Origin: Microcoleus sp.
GTDB taxonomy: Bacteria; Cyanobacteriota; Cyanobacteriia; Cyanobacteriales; Microcoleaceae
NCBI GenBank assembly: GCA_042408215.1
Contig: JAYFMW010000020.1
Coordinates: forward strand, 640,001 to 704,000
Length of the DNA stretch: 64,000 nucleotides
Direction: 5' to 3'
The notes under the pieces were generated by a model. That model was given only the letters and a program-made list of their open reading frames with translations, did no database searches and had not been told where the DNA came from. The position numbers and the translations under genes were made by a program. This document shows, one piece after another, positions 62,806 to 64,000 of the stretch (its first letter is position 1; each line of letters starts with the position of its first letter).

Positions 62806-63105
62806 GGCGTGTTTCTTTGCCTTGACCATCAGATTCAGATCCCCCTAAATCCCCCTTAAGAAGGGGGACTTTGAGTGTTCTTGTCCCACACCCCCTACTC
62901 CCCTACTCCCCTTATTAAGGGGGGCTAGGGGGGATCTCCGGGGGTTTTGTAGCGGATACAGCGGCGAACAATCGGTTTTTCTCTAGTCCGCCGCGCGATC
63001 GCCCTTTCCCTTTCATCCTAACTTTACAAATATCTAGACAGATCTTTACACAATCTTCACAAAAAGGGGTGACACCCCTCATCCCGATAGTGTTATATTA
63101 TGTTA

Positions 63106-63160
63106 TGTAGATGCACCCTGATGGTAGGGAGAGTTACTTAGGTGGCTCTCCTTTTTTTTT
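63106..63160 (+). ncRNA. Candidate ~55-nt small RNA with an NsiR1-like 5' end
   Basis: Extended -10 TGnTATATT (63091-63099), then GTAGATGCACCCTGAT, then a terminator. No ORF. Confidence 0.5.
63128..63160 (+). terminator. Rho-independent terminator
   Basis: GGAGAGTTAC-TTAG-GTGGCTCTCC followed by T9. Confidence 0.85.
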
Positions 63161-63175
63161 GGCTTTTTTTAGAGC

Positions 63176-63330
63176 CGAAGGAAGAAGGAGGAAGGAGGAA
63201 GGAGGAAGGAGGAAGGAGGAAGGAGGAAGGAGGAAGTGAAAATGCAATAAAATCAATGGTTTCAGCTAACCAATTACCAATTACCAATTCCCAATTCCCA
63301 ATTCCCAATTCCCGATGCCCGATGCCCAAC
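63176..63330. repeat. STRR heptamer arrays (GGAGGAA; CCCAATT/ACCAATT)
   Basis: Direct reading of the sequence. Confidence 0.85.
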
Positions 63331-63359
63331 TTAAGTTATATTTAAGTAATTTTCAGAAT

Positions 63360-64000
63360 ATGACCGAACAAGCTAACGGGTTACTCAAACAGGGCATTTC
63401 ACAATATCAGGCTCACCAATTTGAGGCGGCGCTGGATTCTTGGCGCTCAGCGCTGATTCTATATCAGGAAGTGAATGACAAGCGGCGATCGGGTGCGGCG
63501 CTGGGGAATATGGGGGTAGCCTATGAGGCGCTGGGAGATTATGCTCAGGCGATCGAGTGTTATCAGCAACATTTGGATCTGGCGATCGAAATTGGCGATC
63601 GCCGGGGTGAGGCTAATGCTTTGGGCAATTTGGGCAATGCTTGCTGTGCTCGGTCGGATTTTGAGGGTGCGATTAGTTACCAGCAGCAGCGTTTGGCGAT
63701 CGCGCGGGAGACGGGCGACAGTCGCGGGGAAGAGGAAGCTTTGGGCAATTTGGCCTCTTGTTGCGATGCGAAAGGAGATTTCCCGGCTGCGATCGAATGT
63801 TATCAGCAGCAATTGGCGATCGCACGGGAAAGCAAGGACGATCGCGTTGAGCGCAAGGCCCTGAAAAGCTTGAAGCTAGCTTACAAGTATTTAGCAGATT
63901 ACGAGAAAGCTAACGAGTACCGCCAGTTGCAATTGGCGATCGTGCGGCAACTGTTTTTAACTAAGAAAAATGGCGATTTTGTACAACTTGCAGAAATAGT
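63360..64000 (+). CDS. Tetratricopeptide-repeat protein, partial (runs off the window end)
   Basis: Read manually from ATG at 63360: MTEQANGLLKQG..., with repeated ALGNLG....GD...AI..YQQ.LAIARE units. Confidence 0.9.
   Translation, partial: MTEQANGLLKQGISQYQAHQFEAALDSWRSALILYQEVNDKRRSGAALGNMGVAYEALGDYAQAIECYQQHLDLAIEIGDRRGEANALGNLGNACCARSDFEGAISYQQQRLAIARETGDSRGEEEALGNLASCCDAKGDFPAAIECYQQQLAIARESKDDRVERKALKSLKLAYKYLADYEKANEYRQLQLAIVRQLFLTKKNGDFVQLAEI

Noticed and set aside
63138..63345. Two short opposite-strand ORFs
   Set aside because: They are translations of STRR heptamer arrays.

Overview
64 kb of a cyanobacterial chromosome. The abundant HIP1 octamers (GCGATCGC), heptameric short tandem repeats and palindromic repeat families suggest a filamentous Oscillatoriales strain (inference). 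Housekeeping genes are an EF-G paralogue (partial), alaS, pyrG, carB, gatB, cutA, mltA, a ROK kinase, a GH57 enzyme and probably 6S RNA. A divergent coaT/coaR cobalt-efflux pair carries a clear MerR-type operator. Signalling genes are a PAS/GAF adenylate cyclase, three histidine kinases and a GGDEF-EAL protein. Two RTX-type proteins and about eight IS200/IS605/IS607 tnpB-related loci, mostly decayed, are also present. The best candidate for a poorly described system is the operon at 8413-12248. It encodes a coiled-coil protein, a membrane protein with a cytoplasmic Roadblock/longin-like domain plus periplasmic BON-BON-OmpA domains, and a Rab-like small GTPase, directly upstream of cAMP and two-component genes. 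Other highlights: a 5-copy head-to-tail array of a ~147-bp mini IS200/IS605-like element whose ends are both coded to TGAC; a TnpB element with a divergent RHH-like gene; a 416-bp element that may keep only its omega-RNA; a compact NsiR1-like sRNA unit; a pseudoknot-capable leader; and intergenic repeats inserted in frame in proteins. Family assignments come from motif recognition by eye; no searches were run.
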